Shown here piece by piece: positions 10,564-20,696 of a stretch of DNA of 64,000 nt. The stretch is from an uncultured delta proteobacterium (GTDB lineage Bacteria; Myxococcota_A; UBA9160; UBA4427). The position numbers were made by a program, and so were the translations under genes. A model generated the notes under the pieces. The model ran no database searches. It was given only the letters and a program-made list of their open reading frames with translations, and was not told the DNA's origin. The DNA is taken from assembly GCA_963822965.1 (NCBI GenBank), contig CAWGJT010000005.1:704001-768000 (forward strand). Direction: 5' to 3'. Every line of letters starts with the position of its first letter. Position 1 is the first letter of the stretch.

Positions 10564-12186
10564 ATGGGGACGTATCTCAAGTTCCATCACCTGGAACGTT
10601 CGCCCTTCGAGGGCGAGCCGGGCGAGCGCCTCGTGCTCGCGACGGAATCCCTGCGTCGAGCCTACGCGGAGATCAAATCGGGGCTCGACCAGGGATCTCC
10701 GCGCATCTGCGTGAGCGGCGGCCCGGGAATCGGCAAGTCGAGCCTGGCCCGCGCGCTTCCCCGACTGCTCGCGAACGAGGCGAGCTGCGCCCTGATTCGC
10801 GATCCCAGCGTCGACTGGTCGCGGGTCAAGGCGAAGATCACCCGGCAGCTCTCCCTCGACAGCGGCCAGATCTCGCGACGCGCCCTGCTCGCGACCCGGG
10901 CCCTCGGCCGCCGCGTCGTCATCATCATCGACCAGGCCGAGCAGCTTCCCGCGGAGAGCCTCGAGCACCTCGACACGATCCTCGGCTACCGCGACGAGGC
11001 CGGCGAGCAGCTCATCCAGTGCGTTCTGCTGGCGAACCTCGAGGCCGCGCCGCGGGGCGAGGAGGTGCCGCTCCTTTGGTGGCTCGATCAGCTCACCACC
11101 CGCCAGCTGACGTTCTCTCCGATCCCGGACGCGGGCATCCGCAGCTACGTCGACAAGCACCTGAAGAAGGCGGGGCTGCGCGGCGCATCGCTCTTCCGGG
11201 ACGACGCCGTCGTCGCCATCCACCGCTACACGGGAGGCGTACCCGGTGCCGTCAGCGCGCTGTGCGAGCAGCTCCTGGCGAAGGCCGCCGAGCACGGCCG
11301 ACGCGAGATCGGGGCCGACCTGGTGGCGAACCTGTTCGGCGATGCGGAGCTCGCGGACGAGCCGATCCAGGCTCGGGACGAGCCCGACGACGCGCTTCCG
11401 CACTTCGAAGCGCCGCGCACGACCGCGGCGGGATCCAGGGTGCCCGCGCCCGACTTCGGCCGCGCCGAGCCCGAGCCCGAGCTGGAGATCCAGCAGGGCT
11501 ATCTGCCCATCGAAGACTCGAACTACGCCGGCGAGAAGAGCGACTTCTTCGCCGACGCGCCGCGCAAGCACACCCCGCGGATGCGCTCCGAGTCCCAGCG
11601 ATACGCGACGGAAGCGCTGTCCTCGAGCAGAGGCGGCGCGCGGCTGGCCGGCAGGCTCCGGACCCTGGCGCTGCTGGCGGTGCTGGCGGCCGCCCTGCAC
11701 GCCTGGTGGTCGAACGACGCGCCCGGGCTGCCCGAGCTGCCCGGGCTGCCGGAGATGCCGTTCTCCCTGCCCTTCCTGAGCTCCGAGACGAAGCCGGCGC
11801 GCAAGGCACACCCGCCGAAGCCGCCCGTGCCGGCGAAGCCGCCCCGGACGGCCTCTGCCGGGGAGCCCGGCCCGATGCCGGCCCTCGCGAACGGCCCGGG
11901 CGGCCAGGTGCCGGACGGCGTCGGAACCGCGGACGTGGACGCGGACGGACTCACCTCGGATCTCAAGCTCGACGGGGCGGACGACAACCCCGCTTCCGTC
12001 GCGGATGCGGCGCATCCCGTCGAGGGAGCCGAGCCGGCCGCTGCGACTCCGGCCCTCTCGCTCAGCGAGCTCTACGACATCGCCGAGTCCGAGGCGGAGT
12101 CGGCGAAGGACGAGCCGCCGGACTACGAGCCCTGGAGCCAGCAGGCTCCCGAAGGCCCGCCCGCCGCACCCGCTTCGGATCGCTGA
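10564..12186 (+). CDS. ExeA/GspA-like AAA ATPase with TM anchor and low-complexity C-terminus
   Basis: YLKFHHLERSPF N-terminus, Walker A GGPGIGKS, Walker B IIIDQA, IHRYTGGVP; single TM helix LALLAVLAAALHAWW. Confidence 0.75.
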   Translation: MGTYLKFHHLERSPFEGEPGERLVLATESLRRAYAEIKSGLDQGSPRICVSGGPGIGKSSLARALPRLLANEASCALIRDPSVDWSRVKAKITRQLSLDSGQISRRALLATRALGRRVVIIIDQAEQLPAESLEHLDTILGYRDEAGEQLIQCVLLANLEAAPRGEEVPLLWWLDQLTTRQLTFSPIPDAGIRSYVDKHLKKAGLRGASLFRDDAVVAIHRYTGGVPGAVSALCEQLLAKAAEHGRREIGADLVANLFGDAELADEPIQARDEPDDALPHFEAPRTTAAGSRVPAPDFGRAEPEPELEIQQGYLPIEDSNYAGEKSDFFADAPRKHTPRMRSESQRYATEALSSSRGGARLAGRLRTLALLAVLAAALHAWWSNDAPGLPELPGLPEMPFSLPFLSSETKPARKAHPPKPPVPAKPPRTASAGEPGPMPALANGPGGQVPDGVGTADVDADGLTSDLKLDGADDNPASVADAAHPVEGAEPAAATPALSLSELYDIAESEAESAKDEPPDYEPWSQQAPEGPPAAPASDR

Positions 12187-12201
12187 CGAGCCTTCGCGGC
12201 G

Positions 12202-13542
12202 ATGGGCCTCGTGTCGCTGCTCGTCGCGTGCGTGGTGTTCATCGTCGTCGCGACGACCCGCCTCGGGCTGCATCCCTTCCTGGCCCTGCTCTTCGCCGCA
12301 CTCGGCTTCGGCCTGCTCGCGGGCATGCCACCCGCCGAAGTCGTGGCCGCGCTGGGTCAGGGCTTCGGCGGAATCCTCGGGAGCATCGGCCTCGTCATCG
12401 TCGCCGGCTCGATCGTCGGCACCTTCCTCGAGCGTTCGGGCGGGGCCCTGCGCCTGGCCGAGGCGATCCTGGCGCGCACGGGCCGAGACAACGTGCCCGC
12501 CGCGATGGCCGCCGTGGGCTACACGGTGTCCCTGCCGGTCTTCTGCGACACCGGCTTCGTGATCCTGTCGCCTCTCAGCAAGGCGCTGGCGGCTCGCACG
12601 CGGACGAGTCTGGCCGCCTCCGCCATCGCCCTCAGCCTCGGGCTGTACGCCACCCACACCATGGTGCCGCCCACCCCCGGTCCGGTCGCTGCGGCCGGCA
12701 TCCTCGGCGCGGACCTCGGCCGCGTCATCCTCTGGGGCGGGCTCGTGAGCGCCGTCGCCCTGGTGGCGGGCTGGCTCTTCGCGACCCGCTTCGCGGCTCG
12801 CTTCGCGGTGCCACCCCACCGTCCCGACGAGGCCCTCGCGATCGACGCGGCGGCGCCCGAGAACGCACCGTCTCCCGCGCGCTCCCTGGTGCCCATTCTC
12901 GGACCCCTCGTCCTCATCGTGACGGCTTCGATCGCGAAGCTCCCCTCTCGGCCCATCGGCACCGGCGGGCTCTTCGACTCGGTCGCGTTCCTCGGCGATC
13001 CGGCGGTCGCGCTGCTCGCGGGCGCGGCGTTCGCCGTGACGCTCGCCCGCCCCTTCCGGCGCGAGCGTCTGGGGGTGGAGGGCTGGGTCGGAGACGCCGT
13101 GGTCGCCGCAGCCACCATTCTCGTGGTGACGGGGGCCGGCGGCGCCTTCGGCAAGGTGCTCCAGGGCTCGGGGATCGCGAACGTATTCGGCACGGCGCTG
13201 GTCGCGACGGGGCTCGGCATCTGGCTGCCGTTCCTCGTCGCCGCGGCGGTGAAGACCGCCCAGGGCTCGTCGACCGTGGCCATCATCACCACCGCCGGGA
13301 TGGTGGCGCCGCTGCTGGGCAGCCTGGGTCTCGCGAGCGAGACGGGACGCGCGCTCTGCGTGGTTGCCATCGGCGCCGGCTCGATGGTCGTCTCCCACGC
13401 GAACGACAGCTACTTCTGGGTGGTCACGCAGTTCTCGAACATGGACGTCCCGCTGGGCTACCGGCTCCAGACCCTGGGAACCCTCGTGCTCGGCACGGCC
13501 GCAGCCCTGGCGGTCTGGGGCCTCTCCCTCGTCCTCGTGTGA
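12202..13542 (+). CDS. GntP family permease
   Basis: LHPFLAL, PVFCDTGFVIL, VPPTPGP, KTAQGSSTVA, SHANDSYFW motifs. Confidence 0.9.
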   Translation: MGLVSLLVACVVFIVVATTRLGLHPFLALLFAALGFGLLAGMPPAEVVAALGQGFGGILGSIGLVIVAGSIVGTFLERSGGALRLAEAILARTGRDNVPAAMAAVGYTVSLPVFCDTGFVILSPLSKALAARTRTSLAASAIALSLGLYATHTMVPPTPGPVAAAGILGADLGRVILWGGLVSAVALVAGWLFATRFAARFAVPPHRPDEALAIDAAAPENAPSPARSLVPILGPLVLIVTASIAKLPSRPIGTGGLFDSVAFLGDPAVALLAGAAFAVTLARPFRRERLGVEGWVGDAVVAAATILVVTGAGGAFGKVLQGSGIANVFGTALVATGLGIWLPFLVAAAVKTAQGSSTVAIITTAGMVAPLLGSLGLASETGRALCVVAIGAGSMVVSHANDSYFWVVTQFSNMDVPLGYRLQTLGTLVLGTAAALAVWGLSLVLV

Positions 13543-13561
13543 CACCAACCCGGCGCGGGAG

Positions 13562-14527
13562 TCAAGGTCCCAGCCGGCCCGGGGTACCGGTGATGTCGAG
13601 CCAGCGCCGGATGAGCTTCTCGGGCCAGTCGATGGTCATGCCGTTGCTGCCGACGGCGATCGCCCGCTCCATCTCGACCTCGCTGCCGACGCCCCAGGCC
13701 CGGATCCAGAGCCCCCGTCGCCGGGCCTGCTGGACGTGCTCGCGGTCGAGCTCCCCGACCTCGACGCCCACCTCGCGCATCCCCGCGGCCGCCGCGCGGT
13801 CGATCCACTCCGAGATCGACCCCGTCCGCCTGCCCGCGTCGCGGATCAGGAGACAGGTGGGCAGCTCGGGTGCGAGCGCACGCATGCGCTCGAGCTGCTC
13901 GAGGTGGAACGACGTCACCATCACGCGGTCGCGCAGGCCGAAGCGGTCCACGATCGCCAGGGTGCGGGCCGGCAGCTCCGGCTCCTCGGCCTTCAGCTCC
14001 ACGTGGTAGAAGACCTGCCGGCCCAGCTCCGCGAACAGCGCGTCCAGGCCGTCGAGGCCGGCACCCGCGAAGCGATCGGCCGCCGCCGGATGGGTCTCGT
14101 CGAACCAGGTTCCGATGTCGAGCGCTTCCAGCTCGGCACGTGTGAGGTCCCGCACCCGGCCGGCGTGGCCCGTCTTGCGATCGAGGGTGTCGTCGTGGAA
14201 GAGCATCACCTCGTCGTCCCGGCTCAGCTGGACGTCGAGCTCGACCTCGACGGCGCCCAGCGCACGTGCACGTCGGTACGCGGCCACGGTGTTCTCGGGC
14301 GCATACGCCGACGCTCCGCGGTGCGCGATGATCTGGAACGGTCGTGGAAGCCCGGGAACCGGGCCGACGCCGCCCGGCGCGGACGAACCGCAGCCGGGGG
14401 TCGGGGCCGTCCAGGCCGCGACGAGGACGGCCAATGCAAGCGCCGACGGGAACGATCGCCGGCGCCCGCGCGGTAGGGCGGGACGGGACGCTTCAGGTCG
14501 CCGAGGCCGCGAGGTCGTGCTCCGCAC
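13562..14527 (-). CDS. Glycerophosphodiester phosphodiesterase family protein (exported)
   Basis: IIAHRGASAYAPENT, VELDVQLSRD, HDDTLDR; start uncertain. Confidence 0.85.
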   Translation of the reverse strand: MRSTTSRPRRPEASRPALPRGRRRSFPSALALAVLVAAWTAPTPGCGSSAPGGVGPVPGLPRPFQIIAHRGASAYAPENTVAAYRRARALGAVEVELDVQLSRDDEVMLFHDDTLDRKTGHAGRVRDLTRAELEALDIGTWFDETHPAAADRFAGAGLDGLDALFAELGRQVFYHVELKAEEPELPARTLAIVDRFGLRDRVMVTSFHLEQLERMRALAPELPTCLLIRDAGRRTGSISEWIDRAAAAGMREVGVEVGELDREHVQQARRRGLWIRAWGVGSEVEMERAIAVGSNGMTIDWPEKLIRRWLDITGTPGRLGP

Positions 14528-15245
14528 GGGTCCGGATGTAGCGCACGTAGAAGCCCGGCGGAATGAACGCCAGCGCGATGGCCACCGCCGCCACCAGGCC
14601 GTGCAGCGAGGAGCTCACCATCACCCAGCCCGTTTCGGTCGAAGCCACGCCGAGGAAGAGCTGCGCCACGATGCCCACGGCCGTGCCGAAGCCGGCCGCG
14701 AAGGTCGCGATGGCCCACATCAGGAAGCGGTTCGCGACGACCGGGTCTGCCAGCCCGATGCGCACGCGCCGCCGCATCTTCATCCAGTAGGCGAAGGCTT
14801 CGCCCGCGCTCCAGAGCAGGCAGCCCACCTGCAGCGTGCTGCGACACAGGGACCCGGGGCTGACCGGACCGACGTCCATGAAGCCGTGGGCGACGCCCGA
14901 CCAGACGAAGAGACCCAGGAGACCGGCTCCCGCCGTCGCCACGACCGCGCGCGCCACGTCCCCGTCCGGGTGGTAGACGCGCCAGTTGAAGACGAAGTTC
15001 GCGAAGGCGCCGGAGCTGATCGCGAGCACGGCGGTCCCGAGCAACACGTGCTGGAGGGTCCCCGCCTCGAGGCGCATGCCGACCACCATCAGGCCGAAGC
15101 CCACGGGACCGATTCCGAGCACGCCGATTCCCATCAGCAGCTCGGGCAGCTCGTGCGTCCGCCGAGCCATCAGCAGCACGCGAACGCCTACGACCAGCGC
15201 CACGACGAAGAACGCCACGAATCCGACCCAGACCCAGGCAGCCAT
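14493..15245 (-). CDS. Hypothetical integral membrane protein (about 7 TM)
   Basis: Multiple hydrophobic helices; directly downstream of a small gene on the same strand. Confidence 0.7.
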   Translation of the reverse strand: MAAWVWVGFVAFFVVALVVGVRVLLMARRTHELPELLMGIGVLGIGPVGFGLMVVGMRLEAGTLQHVLLGTAVLAISSGAFANFVFNWRVYHPDGDVARAVVATAGAGLLGLFVWSGVAHGFMDVGPVSPGSLCRSTLQVGCLLWSAGEAFAYWMKMRRRVRIGLADPVVANRFLMWAIATFAAGFGTAVGIVAQLFLGVASTETGWVMVSSSLHGLVAAVAIALAFIPPGFYVRYIRTRAEHDLAASAT

Positions 15246-15248
15246 GCT

Positions 15249-15569
15249 TCAGGCGCCTCCGCCCAGCCGGCTGAAGACCGCGTCCGGCGTCTCCCGGGCC
15301 CCGTCCGAAGCGAGGCTCGCGGCCTCGCTCGCGAGGCCGCTGGCCAGACGCGAGCACAGACCCGCCGCGTCCTGCACGCCACGAGCCGAGAGCTCCGCGG
15401 CCAGGACCTTCTCGATCACCACCTTCATCTGGTCCGGCGTGACCGTCTTGGCCTCGAGACCGGCCCCCTTGAGAGCCAGCCTGACCGTGCCTCGGGCTTC
15501 GAGACGATCGAGCGAGGTCTCCTGTTCGAGCCGGGCGCAGACCCAGTCGAACGCAGCTGCATCAGCCAT
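15249..15569 (-). CDS. Small hypothetical protein
   Basis: GGAGGGG RBS then MADAAAFDWVCARLEQETSLDRLEARGTVRLALK...; typical codon usage. Confidence 0.7.
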   Translation of the reverse strand: MADAAAFDWVCARLEQETSLDRLEARGTVRLALKGAGLEAKTVTPDQMKVVIEKVLAAELSARGVQDAAGLCSRLASGLASEAASLASDGARETPDAVFSRLGGGA

Positions 15570-15604
15570 CGGTCCCCCTCCCCTCCAGCGCAACGCTTGC
15601 CGTC

Positions 15605-15631
15605 TTATCGGCTGCCGGCGCGCGAGCTGAA
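15605..15631 (-). promoter_or_regulatory. Candidate sigma28 (FliA)-type promoter
   Basis: Minus strand TTCAG-N14-GCCGATAA (perfect FliA -10), about 35 nt upstream of ATG 15569. Confidence 0.55.
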
Positions 15632-15712
15632 CCGGCAAGATCGATTGTCGGCGAGCCCGGGGCGCTCCCCCGGGCGACCGGGCTGGACGACCTCCCGCTA
15701 TCGTGCCGACCC

Positions 15713-17302
15713 ATGATGGCAGCCGACCCCATCGTCCAGACGTCCCAGGGCAGGCTCCGAGGCGCCCGGGACGGCGGGCTCGCGGTCTTCCGGGGGATTC
15801 CGTTCGCGGCGCCGCCGACCGGCAGGGGACGCTTCCTGCCCCCCGCCCCGCCCGCTCCCTGGCCGGGCATTCGGGACGCGCTCCGGACGGCGCCCGCCCC
15901 GCCCCAGACCGTCGAGCCGCTCTCGCAGCTCCTGGGCCTCGAGCTGCCCGGGCCCCAGGACGAGGACTGCCTCCAGCTCGACGTGTGGACGCCCGGAGCC
16001 GGCCCCGCGGCGCGCCCGGTCCTGGTCTGGCTCCACGGGGGCGCCTTCGCGACGGGCTCCGGCGGCTCGCCCCTGTACGCGGGCCACACCCTGGCGGCGC
16101 GGGGGGACGTGGTGGTCGTCACCCTCAACTATCGGGTCGGCGCCCTCGGCTTCGCGCACCTGGCCCCCTGGCTGTCGGGCGCCCCCGCCGGCGCCGCCGT
16201 GAACCTCGGCCTGCAGGACCAGATCGCCGCCCTCCGCTGGGTACGCGCCGAGATCGCCGCCTTCGGCGGCGACCCCGATCGCATCACCGTCTTCGGCGAA
16301 TCCGCAGGGGCCGGGAGCCTCACCGCCCTGCTCGCCATGCCTCGGGCCCGGGGGCTGTTCCGACGGGCGATCGTCCAGAGCGCCGCGCCCGACGGCATGC
16401 TGACGGCCGACGAGGGGCGCGAGCGTGCCGGCCGCCTGCTGGCCGAGCTCGGTGTACCCGTCGATCCGGCGCACGGCCGAGTCGACCTGGACGCGCTGCA
16501 GGACCTCGACGTGGCCGGCATCCTGGAGGCCCAGCAGCGCTGCATCGCCGCCGGACCGCACCGCACCGGAATGTTCTTCGCACCCGTGGTCGACGGCGAG
16601 CTGCTGCCGGAGCGCCCGCTCGACGCCATCGCCCGGGGTGGCGCACGCGACGTCGAGCTCGTGATCGGCACCACCCGGGAGGAGATGCAGCTCTACGGAA
16701 CGGTCCCCGGGCTGGGCGAGTTCGACGACGAGGTGCTGGCACGCATCGTCGCCGCCCGACTCGAAGGGGAAGACGAGGCCCGGATCGAGCGGGCGCGGCG
16801 GGCGGTCGATCTCTATCGCGGGGAGCTCGAGCGCGAGGACCGGCCGGGCGGGTTGCGCCCACGCGACCTCTTCTTCGCCCTGGAGACCGACCTGAGCCTG
16901 CGCGTGCCCTCGATCCACCTGGCAGAGAGCCAGGCCGCCGTCCAGCCACGAACGTTCATGTACCTCTTCGAGTGGCGCTCCCCCCGCTCCGACGGGCAGG
17001 GAGGCACCCTCGGCGCGTGCCACGCGCTCGATCTGCCCTTCACGTTCGGCGCCCTGGACGGGGCGGCCGCTCGCGCGGTCACGACCGACGACCGGCCGGC
17101 GCTGCTCGAGCCCGCACGACGCCTGTCCGACCGGATGATGGACGCGTGGATCGCCTTCGCGCGCACGGGCGATCCGAGCCATCCCGGGATCGGCGCGTGG
17201 CCGGCCTACGAGCCCCGTCACCGCAGCACCATGCTGCTCGGCGAGACGTGCCGCGTGTCGGAAGCGCCGCTCGATGCCCGGCGCGCGATCTGGGAGGGGT
17301 GA
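15713..17302 (+). CDS. Type B carboxylesterase/lipase
   Basis: FRGIPFAAPP, EDCL.L.VWTP, WLHGGAF, GESAG nucleophile motif, GACHALDL. Confidence 0.92.
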   Translation: MMAADPIVQTSQGRLRGARDGGLAVFRGIPFAAPPTGRGRFLPPAPPAPWPGIRDALRTAPAPPQTVEPLSQLLGLELPGPQDEDCLQLDVWTPGAGPAARPVLVWLHGGAFATGSGGSPLYAGHTLAARGDVVVVTLNYRVGALGFAHLAPWLSGAPAGAAVNLGLQDQIAALRWVRAEIAAFGGDPDRITVFGESAGAGSLTALLAMPRARGLFRRAIVQSAAPDGMLTADEGRERAGRLLAELGVPVDPAHGRVDLDALQDLDVAGILEAQQRCIAAGPHRTGMFFAPVVDGELLPERPLDAIARGGARDVELVIGTTREEMQLYGTVPGLGEFDDEVLARIVAARLEGEDEARIERARRAVDLYRGELEREDRPGGLRPRDLFFALETDLSLRVPSIHLAESQAAVQPRTFMYLFEWRSPRSDGQGGTLGACHALDLPFTFGALDGAAARAVTTDDRPALLEPARRLSDRMMDAWIAFARTGDPSHPGIGAWPAYEPRHRSTMLLGETCRVSEAPLDARRAIWEG

Positions 17303-17341
17303 CCGGCCGCCGCCGAGCGTCTGGAAGCCCGGGCTCCGCGC

Positions 17342-18181
17342 TCACTCGGAGAGAGGCTCGAGCACCAGATCGGCCCCCCCGTCCGCTTCGCTGACGACGG
17401 GAAAGACGAAGCCCCTGCTCGGCAACACGCCGTAGCCCGGTGCTCCGAGACCCACGTCGTGTCCGAGCTCCTGCACGCTGGTGGCGACGGTGCCCATCAA
17501 CACGTTGAGAAACTCGGCGACCGCCTCCAGGGAGAGATCGGCGGCCAGGGCGTCGAGCTCCATGCCGAGCAGCCCGCAGGCGAGCTTCTCGCCGAACGGG
17601 GGGTCGACGAGCAGCGTGGTCCGCAGGCCCCGGGTTCCGTGCACCTCCACAGACGCCACGAGCACCGTCTCGCGCAGCTCCCCGAGCGCGCTACCCGCCC
17701 CCACCTTCACGGGCAGATCGGCTACCCGCAGACACATCCGCCCCAACAGCGCCACGGCCAGCGCCGCGGTGGGATGATCGACCAGGGCACCGGGCAGCAG
17801 CGAACGCTCCGCCTGCTCGTGCTGCTGCTCGCTCTTCCAGGCGTCGTATAGGGCGTGCGCCCGATCCTCCGGCAGATGCCCGCGCCGGACCAGCGCGGAA
17901 CAGAGATCGACCCGCACCTCCCGCTGGCGCTCCAGCAGCTCCTCGAGCTCGATGGCGTTGATCACGCCCATCTGCATCGCCAGCTGCCCGAAGGGCAGGT
18001 CCTTGCGCCGCTGCTCGTCGTTCACCCGCCGGCAGTCGGCTTCGGTCGCGTACCCGAGCTGGACGGCGAGCGCTCCGATCTGGGGATTGACCTCGCTCAT
18101 CCACTGCAGGGTTTCGCGCAGGAGGGCGGCGTCCAGCTCACCATGCCGCAGCAGGTACTGCCCGAAGAATTCCAGCCTCAC
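17342..18181 (-). CDS. CheX-like chemotaxis phosphatase domain protein with N-terminal helical domain
   Basis: FFGQYLL N-terminus; EAVAEFLNVLMG (ExxN phosphatase motif); coupled to a receiver gene. Confidence 0.65.
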   Translation of the reverse strand: MRLEFFGQYLLRHGELDAALLRETLQWMSEVNPQIGALAVQLGYATEADCRRVNDEQRRKDLPFGQLAMQMGVINAIELEELLERQREVRVDLCSALVRRGHLPEDRAHALYDAWKSEQQHEQAERSLLPGALVDHPTAALAVALLGRMCLRVADLPVKVGAGSALGELRETVLVASVEVHGTRGLRTTLLVDPPFGEKLACGLLGMELDALAADLSLEAVAEFLNVLMGTVATSVQELGHDVGLGAPGYGVLPSRGFVFPVVSEADGGADLVLEPLSE

Positions 18182-18582
18182 GCGGCGTCCCCGTCGGGGT
18201 TCCGCTTCAACGCCAGCTCGCTCTCGAGCAGCGACTCGATCTGCTGTCGATCGAACGGCTTCGAGATCATCTGCACCGCGCCGAGCCGAAACGCCTGCTC
18301 CGCGTTCGTGCCGTGGGCGGCGACGGAGGAGATCATCACCACCCGGGTCTTGGGCCGATTGGCGCGGATCATGCGCAGTGCGGAGAGCCCGTCCATGCCG
18401 GGCATCACGATGTCCATCAGCACCAGGTCGGGGCGCGTGAAGGCCGCGGTGCGCACGGCGGCTGCGCCGTCCGTGGCGCGACCGACCAGATCGACGCCCG
18501 GGACGCCCGCCAGGATGCTCTCGAGCTGGGCGATGACGATCTTGCTGTCGTCCACGACCAGGACCTTCAGATCATCGGCCAA
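18178..18582 (-). CDS. CheY-like single-domain response regulator
   Basis: VLVVDDS, LMDIVMPGMDG, ISS, ISKPF. Confidence 0.88.
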   Translation of the reverse strand: MADDLKVLVVDDSKIVIAQLESILAGVPGVDLVGRATDGAAAVRTAAFTRPDLVLMDIVMPGMDGLSALRMIRANRPKTRVVMISSVAAHGTNAEQAFRLGAVQMISKPFDRQQIESLLESELALKRNPDGDAA

Positions 18583-18625
18583 GTTCGCCTCCCGGACCGA
18601 TTCGCGGGCCCTGCAGCGCTCTGGC

Positions 18626-18653
18626 CTATCGGCCGACCCGCAGAGCCGGTTGA
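18626..18653 (-). promoter_or_regulatory. Candidate sigma28 (FliA)-type promoter
   Basis: Minus strand TCAA-N16-GCCGATAG upstream of the CheY/CheX-like pair. Confidence 0.5.
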
Positions 18654-18947
18654 CATCGGGTTGCCTCGGGGACCGGCGCGGGATTGCAGTGGCATTGGAA
18701 TCGGAAGCCGGTCGAGCGACCGCCAGTCATCTGCCGTTTCCGCGCCGCACGCCTTGCCAGACCGTGCGCGCCCGGTCAACGTGTCGGAGAACGCGGAAGG
18801 CCGGGAGCCCCGGGCCGCGCCGCGGCCAGGCGACCGCACCCTCGGGGTCGGGACACGCAGGGACGGGCGTCCCCGGGCTCGGATCCGAGCCGACCGATCG
18901 AGAAGCGCGAGAACCCCACGAAAAGAAGGTCCACAAAGGGTCCACAC

Positions 18948-20684
18948 ATGAAGGGCTACCTCACCGACGCCGTCCTCCTCTACGTCAACGAGCTCATCGA
19001 CTGGGAGAGCTACTACCACTGGAAGAAGGGGGCGGACGTCGACGTCGCTTCCGAACGCGCGGCGCTCGTCGAGATCCTGGAGACGGCGGCCAACGTGTGC
19101 CAGGAGATCGAGGAGACGACCCGCGATGGCTGGCACGAAGCGGCGCAGCTCGTGGACGGCGAGGTCGTCTACCCGGAGCACATCCGCCGTGGCTACGAGA
19201 AGCTCGTCGAGGTGGGGCTCATCAGCTTCGGCGTCGAGGCGAAGTACGGGGGCTTCGAGCTGCCCGGCGTGGTCGAGAACATCATCATCCAGATGATCGC
19301 CCGCGCCGACGCCGGGCTCATGACGATCATCGGCCTGCAGGCCGGCGTCTCCGAGGACATCCAGCTCTACGCGAGCGAGGAGCTGAAGGCCGCCTACCTG
19401 CCGCGCTTCGCGTCGGGCGAGGTGATGGGCGCGATGGATCTCACCGAGCCCCAGGCGGGCTCGGACCTGGGGGCCATCACGACCCGCGCGGTGGAGCGCG
19501 ACGGCCGCCACTTCCTTTCCGGCCAGAAGATCTTCATCACCAACGGCGGCTGCGAGATCCACCTGGTGCTCGCGCGGGACGACGACACCTTCGAGCAGTC
19601 GAAGGGGACGACCCGCGGCCTCTCGCTGTACCTCTGCCCGCGCACGCTGCCGGACGGGAGCCGCAACGGGCTCACCGTCGAGCGGCTCGAGCACAAGCTG
19701 GGAATCCACGGCTCACCCACCGCCGCCATCCGCTTCGACGACGCCGAGGCGTTTCTCGTGGGAACGAAGGGCGAGGGGTTCAAGGCCATGCTCACCCTGA
19801 TGAACACGGCGCGCCTCGGCGTCGCCGCCCAGGGCATCGGCATCGCCGAGGCCGCGCTGGTGACGGCGGTGCGCTACGCCGAGCAGCGGACCCAGTTCGG
19901 CGCGCCGATCCTCGAGCAGCCGCTCATCAAGGACATGCTGGCGCGCATGACGATCGACCTGGAGGGCAGCCGCGCCCTGCTCTACCGCGCGTGTCGTCTG
20001 CTCGACCGCAACCGGGCGATCGAGCAGGCCCTGATGCGTTCCGCCGAGACGAACGAGTACTCCGAGGCCGAACGCGTCGAGATGGAGGAGCTGCGCCAGA
20101 AGAACGACACCCGCCTCCGCCTGCTGACCCCGCTGGCCAAGTTCATGGCCACGGAGGCCGCGGACGAGATCACCCGCAACGCCATCCAGGTCCACGGCGG
20201 CATCGGCTTCATGGCCGAGTCCGAGGTCGGCAAGCTGCACAGCGACGCGATCATCACGACGATCTACGAGGGCACGTCGGAGATCCAGGTCTCCTTCGCC
20301 CTGAAGGAGATCGGCAAGGGCGCCCTCGCGGGCACCTTCGAGGCGCTCGAGAATGAGCTCGCAGCCTTCGAGGACCCGCAGCTGCGCGAGTACGCCGACA
20401 AGGTGCGCCACGGCATGAAGCTCATCATGGACGCCACCAGCGCCTTGATGGCCGACTTCGGATACGCCCTGATGTCGGCACGTTCGCTGGCGGAGGTGGT
20501 CATCGCCGTGATCGTCGGGGCGGAGCTACTGAAGCAGGCCGGGCACGATCCCCGGCGATTCGACCTGGCCGCCTCCTGGATCAACCGACGCATGGTCGAC
20601 CTCGAGAGCCGAACGCAGCGCATCAAGGAAGGATCCGTCGAGCGCCTCGACCGGGCTGCGAGGATCATCGACCTGGTTCGTTGA
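18948..20684 (+). CDS. Acyl-CoA dehydrogenase family protein
   Basis: MDLTEPQAGSDL, GQKIFITNG, EHKLGIHGSPT, QVHGGIGF, IYEGTSEIQ. Confidence 0.93.
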   Translation: MKGYLTDAVLLYVNELIDWESYYHWKKGADVDVASERAALVEILETAANVCQEIEETTRDGWHEAAQLVDGEVVYPEHIRRGYEKLVEVGLISFGVEAKYGGFELPGVVENIIIQMIARADAGLMTIIGLQAGVSEDIQLYASEELKAAYLPRFASGEVMGAMDLTEPQAGSDLGAITTRAVERDGRHFLSGQKIFITNGGCEIHLVLARDDDTFEQSKGTTRGLSLYLCPRTLPDGSRNGLTVERLEHKLGIHGSPTAAIRFDDAEAFLVGTKGEGFKAMLTLMNTARLGVAAQGIGIAEAALVTAVRYAEQRTQFGAPILEQPLIKDMLARMTIDLEGSRALLYRACRLLDRNRAIEQALMRSAETNEYSEAERVEMEELRQKNDTRLRLLTPLAKFMATEAADEITRNAIQVHGGIGFMAESEVGKLHSDAIITTIYEGTSEIQVSFALKEIGKGALAGTFEALENELAAFEDPQLREYADKVRHGMKLIMDATSALMADFGYALMSARSLAEVVIAVIVGAELLKQAGHDPRRFDLAASWINRRMVDLESRTQRIKEGSVERLDRAARIIDLVR

Positions 20685-20696
20685 AGCGGGGACCGC

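Noticed and set aside
18650..18655. Perfect TTGACA on the + strand
   Set aside because: No -10 element at the correct spacing; better explained as part of the minus-strand sigma28-like motif
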